Shown: positions 30,089 to 39,796 of the stretch, in pieces
Numbering within the stretch: the stretch's first letter is position 1
Layout of the letters: every line of letters starts with the position of its first letter
IMG/VR virus record: IMGVR_UViG_2576861548_000003
Coordinates: 1 to 64,000 of that record
DNA from: a virus
Taxonomy: Duplodnaviria > Caudoviricetes
Length of the DNA stretch: 64,000 nucleotides
Reading direction: 5' to 3' (one strand)
The notes under the pieces: model-generated
Told to the model about the DNA's origin: nothing
Databases searched by the model: none
What the model saw: only the letters and a program-made list of their open reading frames with translations
Position numbers and translations under genes: made by a program

Positions 30089-30168
30089 ATATAAGCAGTT
30101 CTTTTCCCTAAGCAAAGCTTCATCTCTCTGATTCGAGGCTTTCTTTTGCCCTTATCGGAAAGAAATAG

Positions 30169-30236
30169 TATCTTCGCACTGTAGAAGCATCTTATCATTA
30201 AGTTGCTGGCCTCGATTCTTAGGAGTCGGGGCTTTT
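30169..30236 (+). ncRNA. candidate small RNA
   Basis: TATCTTCG promoter-like box, ~30 nt leader, GCCTCGATTC/GAGTCGGGGC hairpin plus TTTT; no ORF. Confidence 0.4.
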
Positions 30237-30558
30237 CATTCAAGAGAAATCTTTCTATACCCGAAAAACTGATTCCCTTATCTAGAATTTATAATTGTTC
30301 TCAGCCTTTTATCTCCATATCTTTGTTATGAAAGTTTGAATATAAGCGAATTTCGAAAATTCCAACGATACGAAGTGGAGATGACAAAGGTTGGTATTGC
30401 AACCTTAATATTGGATTATAGAGGATAAGTAAAATGGAGTTTTTTATTGGATTCTGAGTGAGTATAATTTATTTGATGATTTTAAATAGATATACCATAT
30501 TGAATATAATATCTGTATTTTAATTATATTTGCAACCTAATACTAGCCTAGGTTATTT

Positions 30559-31605
30559 ATGATTATAAAGCAAAGTAAACGGCATATCTTATTTTTAAAG
30601 AATAAAAGTGGTAGATCATTACGAAGAAAGATTCGCTCTAAAAGGAAAAGAAAGCTAAGAAGAATTCTAAAAGCTAGTGGAATAATGTATATAAATAAGT
30701 CTATTCCTAATAGCTCAAAGAATAGACGTCGTAAAGAAATTGAATTGAAAGTTCCAAGTAATTTTGATCTGTTCAATAATCAAGAAGATGTGCTTTTTTT
30801 TATTGTAAAATTATTAAACTATAAGACTGATTATAGAATTAAGACTATACAGCTTGATCTAGTTGATATAGACAAACTTGATTCAACAGCTATATGTATG
30901 CTATTATCTGTAATTAAAGAATTGTCAAATATTGGCATTTGTGTACAAGGGAATTGTCCAATTAATATAGATTGCAAGAAAATGTTTGTAGAATCAGGTT
31001 TTTTAAACCATATGATTGATGATTCAGGAAATCACTTTTCTTCAAGTAAGAATCTAATAATAGAAACAGGTACAAATAAGACAAGGAATCGAAATATTGG
31101 TTCTGTTATAAGTAAGGCTATGGAATTTTTAAATTCAACCAAGAAACATTTCCAACCTGCATATTCAGTAGCAATGGAAATTTGTGCAAATTCCGTAGAG
31201 CATGCTTATAAAGGAAGAAAGAAACACTGGATAATTGGTTTACATAAAAATGATGATAATAGTGTGACTTTCACGATGTGTGATACTGGTTGTGGTATTT
31301 TATCGACTCTTCAAAAGAAGTATAAAAGAGATATAGAGCAATATTTATTTGGAAAAACAAATTGCGATATTTTATATAGAGCCTTTGAACGTAAATATGG
31401 ATCAATGACCGGGGAGGTTAATAGAAATAGAGGGCTACCCTGTATATTGGATAAATTTCAGAGTGGTTACATAAAAGGGTTAAAGGTTTTAACAAATGAT
31501 GTGTTCTTAGACTTTAAAACAAAATCTAATAACAGATTGTTAAATAGTAAATTCCCAGGAGTTTTGTTTTCTTGGGTAATAGATAACGATTGTATAAATT
31601 TGTAA
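30559..31605 (+). CDS. STAS-like + histidine-kinase-like ATPase (GHKL) protein
   Basis: LDLVDIDKLDST STAS motif; EICANSVEHA N-box, DTGCGI G1 box, RNRGL G2-like box; promoter TATATTTG 30525-30532. Confidence 0.8.
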   Translation: MIIKQSKRHILFLKNKSGRSLRRKIRSKRKRKLRRILKASGIMYINKSIPNSSKNRRRKEIELKVPSNFDLFNNQEDVLFFIVKLLNYKTDYRIKTIQLDLVDIDKLDSTAICMLLSVIKELSNIGICVQGNCPINIDCKKMFVESGFLNHMIDDSGNHFSSSKNLIIETGTNKTRNRNIGSVISKAMEFLNSTKKHFQPAYSVAMEICANSVEHAYKGRKKHWIIGLHKNDDNSVTFTMCDTGCGILSTLQKKYKRDIEQYLFGKTNCDILYRAFERKYGSMTGEVNRNRGLPCILDKFQSGYIKGLKVLTNDVFLDFKTKSNNRLLNSKFPGVLFSWVIDNDCINL

Positions 31606-31618
31606 ATAGTTATATGGT

Positions 31619-32038
31619 ATGCAGATAAATATATTGAAAGATTTTAGTGAGTATCCAGGGCCTAGATATTGTACTCAAGGAACTGATTCTGGTGAGAGCT
31701 TTTATCACAAGATATTGAATGATAGTTTTAAAATGGCCTATGAAAATCAAACTATATTGGAAATTGACATTGACAATACAGCTGGCTACATGTCTTCATT
31801 CTGGGATGAATCTATTGGGAATTTAGTATATGATTTTACGCAAGATATTGTAAAAAAGTATATAAAAATCATATCAGCAGAAGAACCTATTTGGATAAAT
31901 TTAATTTTTAATAAAATTATTCCAGAGTGGGAAGAAAGGCGCATAAAAAAAGAGGAGCCCAAAAAAACGAAGGAACATCGGGCATGGTTTAAATTGATTG
32001 ATGGTAATCTACAAAAGAAAATATGGATTAAATGTTGA
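31619..32038 (+). CDS. STAS-like DUF4325 protein
   Basis: FSEYPGPRY..SGESF, IDIDNTAGYMSSFWDESIGNL. Confidence 0.8.
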   Translation: MQINILKDFSEYPGPRYCTQGTDSGESFYHKILNDSFKMAYENQTILEIDIDNTAGYMSSFWDESIGNLVYDFTQDIVKKYIKIISAEEPIWINLIFNKIIPEWEERRIKKEEPKKTKEHRAWFKLIDGNLQKKIWIKC

Positions 32039-32526
32039 TTATGTTATGTAATATTACTGAATGGATATCAATTGGCGTAGATATCCTTATGGGGGGATTA
32101 GTTGCATTTGTTTTAGCTTATACTGTTCCTAAAAAGCTAAACGATGACAGGGCCTTAAAAGATTTTTTTATTGATGAAATGCGAACTCTAAAAAAAGAAT
32201 ATAATGATTTCTGTAAGAATATGTGTTTGGGTAAAATAACTTCTTCTGATATAACAGAAACCTTTAAACAAATAAGTATGAGGATTGCAGATGTGGAGAG
32301 ATGTGTTAATAGAGAATTGGATATAGATGTATCAATTCAATCTTATGTAACTGATTGCCAAATATTAGTGACTAATTCTGATGAAATTAACGAGATGTTT
32401 CGAGATTCTGCCGTAACATTTGTTCGTAATACCAAAAATCAAATATCTTCTAAACAAGATATATTTAATAGAAATATAATGTCTGCTATCGCAAATATAA
32501 ATAGAGCAAATAAAAAAACGAAATAA
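32032..32526 (+). CDS. membrane-anchored helical protein (putative effector)
   Basis: N-terminal TM WISIGVDILMGGLVAFVLAY followed by a helical domain; overlaps previous gene. Confidence 0.7.
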   Translation: MLIMLCNITEWISIGVDILMGGLVAFVLAYTVPKKLNDDRALKDFFIDEMRTLKKEYNDFCKNMCLGKITSSDITETFKQISMRIADVERCVNRELDIDVSIQSYVTDCQILVTNSDEINEMFRDSAVTFVRNTKNQISSKQDIFNRNIMSAIANINRANKKTK

Positions 32527-32809
32527 TTGTAAACTTTCTAAAGTAGATCATATGTTCTTAAACTCTTGATTGATATAGAGATGATCCTTATGCTTGACTA
32601 TGGTATAATAAGAAAATGATTTTTAACAAGAACTATTGTAATGGGCGGATAAGACGGAAGTGCCTTAGTTTTTACGTCGCTTTTATTGTTGATGTGAAAA
32701 AATGTGTCGAATACCGATGTAATATGTGCGTTCGCAATCATTATTCTGCCTCATTTTACAACCTAGCGATTAATTGGCTGTATTAGATTAGGGCGATGAT
32801 AAAAGGAAT

Positions 32810-32841
32810 AAGCAAGGCGACTTATCCAGTCGCCTTGCTTT
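32810..32841. terminator. terminator downstream of integrase
   Basis: AAGCAAGGCGACT/AGTCGCCTTGCTT inverted repeat. Confidence 0.75.
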
Positions 32842-32842
32842 G

Positions 32843-34084
32843 TTATAACATCATCATTTGCATTTGCGCGCGTAAATTTATGTAATCTTTGAATATTGCG
32901 GGGTTTTGAACATATTCTACTACCCTTTTTATAGCCGCATCCGCTTGTTGCTGTTTAACCTTTACATACACATTAATGGTGATTCCTGTTTTTATTGAAT
33001 GTCCTAAGCAATATTCTATGACAGGGTAGGGGATACCTATTTCGGCCGCAAACTGAGCGAATGTTTTTCTTGCTGAGTAATAAGTTAAGCTATTCTCAAT
33101 ATGAAGCTCTTTTGCCAGTAACTTCATACACGTATTGATATAGCATTGCAGATTCTTTTGCGTGTAGCTATATCCAAAATCTAACATCCCATTTGGGGTT
33201 ATATATTTGTTGATGATTTGTCTAACTTCGGGAATGATGTTTAATCTTGTTGCTCGATTTTTGCGCTTATGATCTTTGCTTTTTTGTCGCTTGTATTCGA
33301 TGTCATTCTCAGAGAAGTTTATTTGTATAAGATCGGCAAAGTTAATACCACCCAGATAAAAGGATAGCAAAAATAAGTCTTTTGCTAACGATAGTCTTTT
33401 GCTATGTGATACGTCACAATTGATTATTTTTCTAACACTTTCTACGCTTATATCTATTTCCTTTATGTCGGGTGTTGGAAGTTTAGTATAAGCAAATGGA
33501 TGCGCCTCGCATCGAAGTAGCCCATTTTTAATGGCTTCATTTATTCTCGCTTTAATATGACATAGGCGAATTTGGCGTCCTCCATCGCTATAATTATTTG
33601 CTTTCATCCATCTGTCGAAATGCTCTATAGTGATATGATTCATTATAATCATTGGCACATCACCTTCGGCCGCTTCGAACACTTTTAATGTATCTTCGTT
33701 CATTTTCGCATAACTTTCCCGGCCTTCTGACGAAAGCTCTTTTATACGATTGCGCATAAAGTCATTGAAGGTGATTATAGAAGGGACTACGTTTTCTTGT
33801 TGGATAAGTATCATCTTTAATTGAGATGCTGTATAACAGTCGTTATTCTCAATATAGGATAACCTTTCTGTGTATTTTTTCAGTTCAAAGGCTAGTCTTT
33901 TATTCATCATTGTAGCGTCCGTACGGGCGACTACTTTCCCGTTATACCATTCTGAAACATCATTCAACTGATACTCTGTTTTAATATATGCCTTCTGTTT
34001 TTTGGCTGAGATGCGCAACAAGACAGGAAATTTGTTTTCTGTTGTTGGTTTAGCCTTTAGAATAGTAAATGATAATGTTGCCAT
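32843..34084 (-). CDS. int: tyrosine integrase (Bacteroides Arm + SAM-like + catalytic)
   Basis: FLLSFYLGGINFADL, YKRQKS, YYSARKTFA, LGHS, VY; next to att. Confidence 0.93.
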   Translation of the reverse strand: MATLSFTILKAKPTTENKFPVLLRISAKKQKAYIKTEYQLNDVSEWYNGKVVARTDATMMNKRLAFELKKYTERLSYIENNDCYTASQLKMILIQQENVVPSIITFNDFMRNRIKELSSEGRESYAKMNEDTLKVFEAAEGDVPMIIMNHITIEHFDRWMKANNYSDGGRQIRLCHIKARINEAIKNGLLRCEAHPFAYTKLPTPDIKEIDISVESVRKIINCDVSHSKRLSLAKDLFLLSFYLGGINFADLIQINFSENDIEYKRQKSKDHKRKNRATRLNIIPEVRQIINKYITPNGMLDFGYSYTQKNLQCYINTCMKLLAKELHIENSLTYYSARKTFAQFAAEIGIPYPVIEYCLGHSIKTGITINVYVKVKQQQADAAIKRVVEYVQNPAIFKDYINLRAQMQMMML

Positions 34085-34099
34085 AAGCTATTGTTTTGT

Positions 34100-34119
34100 G
34101 ACACCCCATCAGACACCCC
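34100..34119 (+). repeat. candidate integrase arm-type sites
   Basis: GACACCCC direct repeat (34100-34107, 34112-34119) between int start and att core. Confidence 0.4.
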
Positions 34120-34222
34120 TAATGATTCGTGGGTGATTCAGTGGCACTTTTTTTAATAGCTTTGTAAACTGCCTCCTATGGTTAACTCTTTTATATTGAA
34201 TGTTTTATATCTCTTATAAAAG

Positions 34223-34266
34223 AGCCGCTAGCCAGACTTGAACTGGCGACCTACGCGTTACGAATG
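34223..34266 (-). pseudogene. tRNA-Thr(CGT) 3' half; att duplication
   Basis: Minus strand CATTCGTAACGCGTAGGTCGCCAGTTCAAGTCTGGCTAGCGGCT: anticodon loop, T-arm and 3' acceptor strand; 5' half absent. Confidence 0.9.
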
Positions 34267-34349
34267 TTTATCCAATTTACGGTCTAACTGATTGTTTAAT
34301 AGTGTATTGGTGCGTGACTAACTGAGGTCGTAGATAAGTTTTTGCACAT

Positions 34350-34619
34350 TTATCCATTCCAGTTGGGGTCAAACATAGGTCCTTTACCAAGTACTATCCA
34401 TTCAACAGAGACCCCGTAATCATTATGTATATAGACTATCCATTCAGGCTTTAACACGCAACGATTGGGGGAGAACTTAACTTGGTTTACGTTCCATCGA
34501 TTTAGGTTATGTTCTCTTGTGAAAGTTTGCAGTCCTCTAATCTTCTTTTGAGCTTTTAACATTGCTATTGCTTCAAAAAAACGATTACTTATAGCTATTC
34601 CTTCTTCTGATATCTTCAT
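34350..34619 (-). CDS. small HTH-like DNA-binding protein
   Basis: YGVSVEWIVLGKGPMF XRE-type C-terminal motif. Confidence 0.7.
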   Translation of the reverse strand: MKISEEGIAISNRFFEAIAMLKAQKKIRGLQTFTREHNLNRWNVNQVKFSPNRCVLKPEWIVYIHNDYGVSVEWIVLGKGPMFDPNWNG

Positions 34620-34628
34620 TTTATTATT

Positions 34629-35147
34629 TTATTTAATATTTGTGCTCTTTATGTCGCTCGTTGAAATATCCGACCCACTTGCATGAGCACATCTGGCAAC
34701 ATTTTCCTGACGGGCAAGAGTTTTTTTATTTTGTTCTTGCATTGATTCTATGGTTCTCTGCTGAGATAATACGGTTTCTGTTAATCTTGATAATTGCTCA
34801 AAGACTTCCCGGCTCATAGAGACTGAGCTACTCTGTAGTTCTAATCTTTGTTCTACAAGTTCATCTAAGATTTGTTCTCTTAATTTTTCTTTATTACTTC
34901 TAGGGACACTTTTTTCAATAATGCCAGCTATAGTATCTCCTTTTATAAACATTGGCACATCGGCTCCATCTAGCCATCCTGGGGTTAAGTGATACTTGCT
35001 TTCTAATAAATATTTGTTTTTATCTGTTAGGGATACATTCCCGATTTCTATCTGTGAATAACTATTTTGCTTCATGCATAGAACTTCTGCAAGTTGCGAT
35101 TGAGTCATTCTTAGATATTTTCTCAGATGTTTTAATCTATTATCCAT
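34629..35147 (-). CDS. XRE-family phage repressor
   Basis: RLKHLRKYLRMTQSQLAEVLCMKQNSYSQIEIG HTH; coiled-coil C-terminus. Confidence 0.85.
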   Translation of the reverse strand: MDNRLKHLRKYLRMTQSQLAEVLCMKQNSYSQIEIGNVSLTDKNKYLLESKYHLTPGWLDGADVPMFIKGDTIAGIIEKSVPRSNKEKLREQILDELVEQRLELQSSSVSMSREVFEQLSRLTETVLSQQRTIESMQEQNKKTLARQENVARCAHASGSDISTSDIKSTNIK

Positions 35148-35186
35148 ATAAAAATAAGTTAAATATATCTGTTTTATAGTGTATTT

Positions 35187-35208
35187 ATATCTATAATTGA
35201 TATATTTG
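35187..35208 (+). promoter_or_regulatory. early promoter/operator of prophage 2
   Basis: TATATTTG 35201-35208 overlapped by ATATC..GATAT inverted repeat. Confidence 0.55.
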
Positions 35209-35240
35209 CAAAGACATTAATATATAACACTACAAAGATA

Positions 35241-35495
35241 ATGAAAGATGCATTAAAAACAAGTAAAATGCTTGCTGAAGGTCGTAAAATGACCCTAAAA
35301 GGCTATTATCAAAGTCTGCCTAGCTCAACCCATCCCAAAACTGAGTTTATCAACGAAATAACAAAAAGGACCGGAGTATCATTTACTGCTGCGAGAAACT
35401 GGGTTATATACGGAATGAAGCCTAATAATCCTAAACATGTTTCTGCCCTTTCGGAAATAACCGGAATTTCTCCTGAAGATTTATGGTCTGAATAA
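35241..35495 (+). CDS. Cro-like HTH protein
   Basis: TGVSFTAARNWVIYGMKP..LSEITGI; divergent from repressor. Confidence 0.75.
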   Translation: MKDALKTSKMLAEGRKMTLKGYYQSLPSSTHPKTEFINEITKRTGVSFTAARNWVIYGMKPNNPKHVSALSEITGISPEDLWSE

Positions 35496-35507
35496 AACTA
35501 TTGAGCA

Positions 35508-36062
35508 ATGAAAGATTTAGAATTTTACATCTTTGAAGATCAGCTTTGGTGTATGTTTTCTGATGGCACTAACAAACCTGTTACGGACAAAGATACGTCA
35601 TTGGTAAAAAATATACTTGATCGTATACGGGAATGTTATCCGGATGCTTATAAAGCACTGATGGAATGTTATCAAAAAAGTTCTCAAAATATACCATACT
35701 TCCAGTACCTTATGGCTAATCGGTTTTGTAAATGCAATTTTGGAGAACTGGATAATACGACCCGTGATATTGACAAAGGAGGAAAATTTAACTTTGAACG
35801 TGTCAGTTGCCCAATGCGTGGAGAGTGTAAATATGAAGGAGTCATTTGTGATCCTCAATTTGATAGTCGTATATCAGATGCGGAAATGAGAGTTATGCGC
35901 TTAGTATACGAGGGCCTTAGTAATGAAGATATTGCAGATAAACTTTATTTATCTCCACATACAGTTAAAAATCACATCAAGTCAGTTTATCTGAAGCTTG
36001 GTATCCATGAAAAGTCTGAGTTTATTCAATACGTACATAAAAATAACCTTTTCAAAGATTAA
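35508..36062 (+). CDS. LuxR-type HTH regulator
   Basis: EMRVMRLVYEGLSNEDIADKLYLSPHTVKNHIKSVYLKLG. Confidence 0.88.
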   Translation: MKDLEFYIFEDQLWCMFSDGTNKPVTDKDTSLVKNILDRIRECYPDAYKALMECYQKSSQNIPYFQYLMANRFCKCNFGELDNTTRDIDKGGKFNFERVSCPMRGECKYEGVICDPQFDSRISDAEMRVMRLVYEGLSNEDIADKLYLSPHTVKNHIKSVYLKLGIHEKSEFIQYVHKNNLFKD

Positions 36063-36067
36063 ATGGT

Positions 36068-36274
36068 ATGATTAGTGAAGAAGTTTTGAAAATTGTACTT
36101 AACAATAAGACGTTTGGGCAACGTGAAGCTGCTGATATAGTTGGTGGTAGAGGACGATTATTCAGATTAGTTGGATCTGGAGTTATACGTGCTGAAAAGA
36201 AACCAGCTGATCGTCAAAACGGAAGATGGTATTGTAATGCTTATGATGTAATTAAAAATGCTACATTGAAGTAA
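36068..36274 (+). CDS. excisionase-like small DNA-binding protein
   Basis: Homologous to 2016-2243. Confidence 0.55.
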   Translation: MISEEVLKIVLNNKTFGQREAADIVGGRGRLFRLVGSGVIRAEKKPADRQNGRWYCNAYDVIKNATLK

Positions 36275-36761
36275 TTGATATTCAAATAGTTATACTAAGT
36301 TAATGACGCAAAAAATACAAGTTTAACGTTTGGATAAAAGTCAAAAACTATATAGTTTTACATCATAAATAATAGATAATCAATAAGTTATGAAAAGAAC
36401 ACCTCTTTTGACTATTTGGGTTTTATCATTTGTTGTAATGATATTACTTGCTAATCCTGAAAAAGTTTTATTCTGGATTGCGTTTGTGATATTTTCTTGG
36501 TCTTCACTATATATTGAGAAACACAAAAAAAGACTTAAGGAAGAAGATGAATAGTAAACGTCCATATATTGTCCAAGATGTAACATTGGTAACATACAGT
36601 GGACGTCGGATTTCCCTCTCTTTAGTAGAGTATAAGATTATAGATGTCCCTGTTAGACTTGTTAAAGAAAAAATACTTGATTCTTTTTCTGCAATGGTTG
36701 ATAAACCTGTAGATGTAGAATTAAAAGTAAGATACATATAAATAAAGCGTACATAAGAGCA

Positions 36762-36941
36762 ATGAAAACGAAAGAAGAATTACTGGCAATGAAGCATGAA
36801 GACTTGGCTTTATTCGCATACAAAATCATGTATGAACAATGCCTTCTTGAAGACAAAGAAAAAGAGAATAAAAAATTAAAAGAAATACTTAATATGATTG
36901 GGGTTACGTATGAAACTTACAAATCAGAATTTAGTGAATGA
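36762..36941 (+). CDS. small hypothetical protein (59 aa)
   Basis: MKTKEELLAMKHEDL..., read by hand after an AGAGCAATG start. Confidence 0.5.
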   Translation: MKTKEELLAMKHEDLALFAYKIMYEQCLLEDKEKENKKLKEILNMIGVTYETYKSEFSE

Positions 36942-37210
36942 ATTATTGCAATTGGAGGTTGAATTGAAAAAGGTGGAGTCCAGTAATATTGAATATCTAC
37001 CTGAATATGGATATTCACCCAAAGAAGAAATAATCCAACTTATCAAAGAAGATATATCTGATGTTAAAAAAGAAATAGACATAAATCTACAATTAGAAAC
37101 TTCTGGTATTTCATCAGAATATACGGAAAAAAACTTAGAAGAAGAAAGAACTAACCTTTGCTTAATACAGGGGTTGTCGAGATATTGTTAAACTTTAAAA
37201 TATTTGAGCG

Positions 37211-37978
37211 ATGGAGGAAAACAAATTGACAAAACAAGAAAATGACACATTATCGATATTTGGTAAAGGAAAGACCATTTATCAGGTTGCGGGTAATGAC
37301 GTAGCATTATCATTTGATATTGTACGTAACTATTTAACGAAAGGTAGCGGGCAAGTATCCGATCAGGATATTGTACAGTTTATTAGTATTTGCAAATTTA
37401 ACCAGCTTAATCCATTCTTGAACGAAGCATTCCTTGTCAAGTTTGGACAACAACCGGCGCAGATGATTGTCAGTAAAGAGGCTTTTTTTAAACGAGCTGA
37501 CGCAAGTGAACAGTACGAAGGTTTCAAGGCTGGTGTCATACTTATCAGAGATAATCAAATTGTAGAGGTGGAAGGATGTTTCTATAATGAAAAAACAGAT
37601 GTTCTTGTTGGAGGATGGTGTGAAGTTTATCGTTCAGACCGTAAATTTCCTATTGTAGCGAAAGTGAATCTTTCCGAATACGACAAAAAGCAATCTATAT
37701 GGAATGAAAAGAAATCCACCATGATTTCCAAGATTGCTAAGGTTCAGGCATTACGTGAAGCTTTTCCTGCTCAACTTGGAGCAATGTATACACAAGAAGA
37801 ACAAGAGGTTAAATTTGCAGAATACGAGGATGTGACTGGGAAAGAATCTAAAGGTAATAAACTTGCGGAAATTGCTGCTAAGGCCGCAGGGGTGGAAGAA
37901 CAACCTAACCCGGAGCAATTAGAAACTCAATCTCAAAATAACGCGAATAATAAACCTGTTCAAAAAACACTGTTATGA
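37211..37978 (+). CDS. bet: phage recombinase Bet/RecT family
   Basis: CKFNQLNPFLNEAFLVKF, GGWCEVYR, MISKIAKVQALREAFP. Confidence 0.9.
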   Translation: MEENKLTKQENDTLSIFGKGKTIYQVAGNDVALSFDIVRNYLTKGSGQVSDQDIVQFISICKFNQLNPFLNEAFLVKFGQQPAQMIVSKEAFFKRADASEQYEGFKAGVILIRDNQIVEVEGCFYNEKTDVLVGGWCEVYRSDRKFPIVAKVNLSEYDKKQSIWNEKKSTMISKIAKVQALREAFPAQLGAMYTQEEQEVKFAEYEDVTGKESKGNKLAEIAAKAAGVEEQPNPEQLETQSQNNANNKPVQKTLL

Positions 37979-38907
37979 TGGAAAATGATGGTGAAATATG
38001 GAAAGATATAGTTGGATATGAGGGTAGATACCAAGTGTCCAACTATGGAAGAATTAAATCTCTTGATATTAACTTGCATAAACGTGATGGAAAGATAGAG
38101 TTTAGGAAAGGTAAAATTCTTAAAGCCAGTTTAAGCGCGTTTGGCTATCCTCAGTACTGCTTTAGTTCCAGTTTTGGTAAACGAAAGCTCATGAGGATAC
38201 ATAGAGTTGTAGCAGAAACTTTTATTCCTAATCCTGATAAAAAGCCATTTATTGATCATATAAATCGTATAAAGACAGATAATAATGTTAATAATTTGCG
38301 ATGGTGCACAGGCAAGGAGAATATGAATAACCCATTAACAAGGGAATGGTTGAAAAACTGTAGGCCAAGTTTCCACCATTCAGAAGAAGTTAAGAAAAAG
38401 ATAGGGTTATTAAACAAGGGACGCATATTTAAAGAATCTACAAGAGAAAAACTCCGTATTAGAGGATTTCCAGTAATGCAGTTTACTATAAGTGGTGATT
38501 TTATCATGGAGTATAAAAGTCCTTATTATGCTCAAAGTGAGACAGGGGCATTACGAACCCATATTGTAGCTTGTTGTAATGGAAAAAGGAAAACAGCTGG
38601 TGGGTATAGATGGGTCTATAAAAAAAATTATAAAGGGAAGGATCTACCTAAATTGGCAAATAAAAAGCGCATATACAAAACAGGTTATAAGCAAACAAAA
38701 CAGGCTATAATAAATATGCGTAAATCTAAAGAAAAATACCGTAAAGCGGTATTAGTCTTTTCATTAGACGGTTCGTTTCTGTCTGAATATCCTTCAATTA
38801 TTGAAGCAGGCAATGCAACAGGCACAAATTTCGGCTCAATATGTAATTGTTGTAGGGGTAGAATTGGACAATCAAATGGTTACAGATTTAAATATAAAGA
38901 TATATGA
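37975..38907 (+). CDS. free-standing HNH homing endonuclease (NUMOD4-HNH-NUMOD1)
   Basis: EIWKDIVGYEGRYQVSNYGRIKS, HRVVAETF..DHINRIKTDN..NLRWCT, two NUMOD1-like repeats. Confidence 0.9.
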   Translation: MMENDGEIWKDIVGYEGRYQVSNYGRIKSLDINLHKRDGKIEFRKGKILKASLSAFGYPQYCFSSSFGKRKLMRIHRVVAETFIPNPDKKPFIDHINRIKTDNNVNNLRWCTGKENMNNPLTREWLKNCRPSFHHSEEVKKKIGLLNKGRIFKESTREKLRIRGFPVMQFTISGDFIMEYKSPYYAQSETGALRTHIVACCNGKRKTAGGYRWVYKKNYKGKDLPKLANKKRIYKTGYKQTKQAIINMRKSKEKYRKAVLVFSLDGSFLSEYPSIIEAGNATGTNFGSICNCCRGRIGQSNGYRFKYKDI

Positions 38908-39587
38908 TGAATTACAATTTTGAACAAAGGACCATAGGATGGATGCGTGAGCGTCTCGGAAACATTACTGGTAGCAATGTCGGCTTGCTTATGAAAAGCG
39001 GAAGAAACGACATGTTCAGCGACACTGCCAAGAATTACATTTTCCAAGTTGCGGCAGAACGGGCTATGAATCCAGAAATAGTTAATGATGATATTGCATT
39101 TGCCGAATATTTGTCTACTGTCAATGTAGAAAGCAAAGCAATGAGATTCGGGACAGAGCAAGAATCGAGTGCACGCGATTTGTATTCTAGATTGACTGGA
39201 AGGCATATTGTAGAAGTGGGGTCGTGTAAGCACCCCACTATCCCAAACTTTGCCAGTAGTCCTGACGGGTTCTTTTATGATGAAGAATCTGAAGAATGTG
39301 GATGTATAGAAATAAAATCTCCTTCCCAAAATACTTTCATGAAGTACAAAAGCGAAGTTTATGATAATGAATCGCTTCTTAAAGTAAAGTATGAATACTT
39401 TTATCAGTGTATGGCTCACATGATGTGCTGTAATGCAAGATGGACTGACTTTGTAGCTTATAATCCTTTTCAAATAGATCCTATTCACATTGTTCGTATA
39501 CTACCAGATGAAAAGGTCTTTGCAGAAATGGAGAAACGCATCAAAATGGCAGATGACATTATTAACCAAATAGCGGATATTGAATGA
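38904..39587 (+). CDS. YqaJ/lambda-type exonuclease
   Basis: RLGNITGS, FGTEQE, SSPDG, EIKSP, YFYQ. Confidence 0.9.
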   Translation: MMNYNFEQRTIGWMRERLGNITGSNVGLLMKSGRNDMFSDTAKNYIFQVAAERAMNPEIVNDDIAFAEYLSTVNVESKAMRFGTEQESSARDLYSRLTGRHIVEVGSCKHPTIPNFASSPDGFFYDEESEECGCIEIKSPSQNTFMKYKSEVYDNESLLKVKYEYFYQCMAHMMCCNARWTDFVAYNPFQIDPIHIVRILPDEKVFAEMEKRIKMADDIINQIADIE

Positions 39588-39796
39588 TGAAATCGGACAT
39601 TATAATTAAACAATTAGATAATGGTTGTTTTGACGTACATGTTGATGACAAAAGTACAGATCAATTATCATTTGATGAAATGCTTGGGGTTGTTGCACAA
39701 TTGACTGTACCCAAAAATAAAAGATGCCTTCAGTGGCTTAAAACTAAGGAACAGCATGAAAGTTTTAGGAATAGAAATTTAAAAATAGAGCAATGA
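39584..39796 (+). CDS. hypothetical protein
   Basis: Operonic, overlapping stop/start. Confidence 0.55.
   Translation: MMKSDIIIKQLDNGCFDVHVDDKSTDQLSFDEMLGVVAQLTVPKNKRCLQWLKTKEQHESFRNRNLKIEQ

Larger units (their letters stand above)
1..34222. mobile_element. Prophage 1, HK97-like Bacteroides siphovirus (left end outside window)
   Basis: Ordered modules: repressor, early/replication genes, HNH, terminases, portal, protease, capsid, tail, lysis, morons, then integrase abutting a tRNA 3'-half. Confidence 0.9.

Noticed and set aside
34223-34266. Intact tRNA-Thr gene
   Set aside because: The 5' acceptor strand and D-arm are missing, so it is an att remnant.
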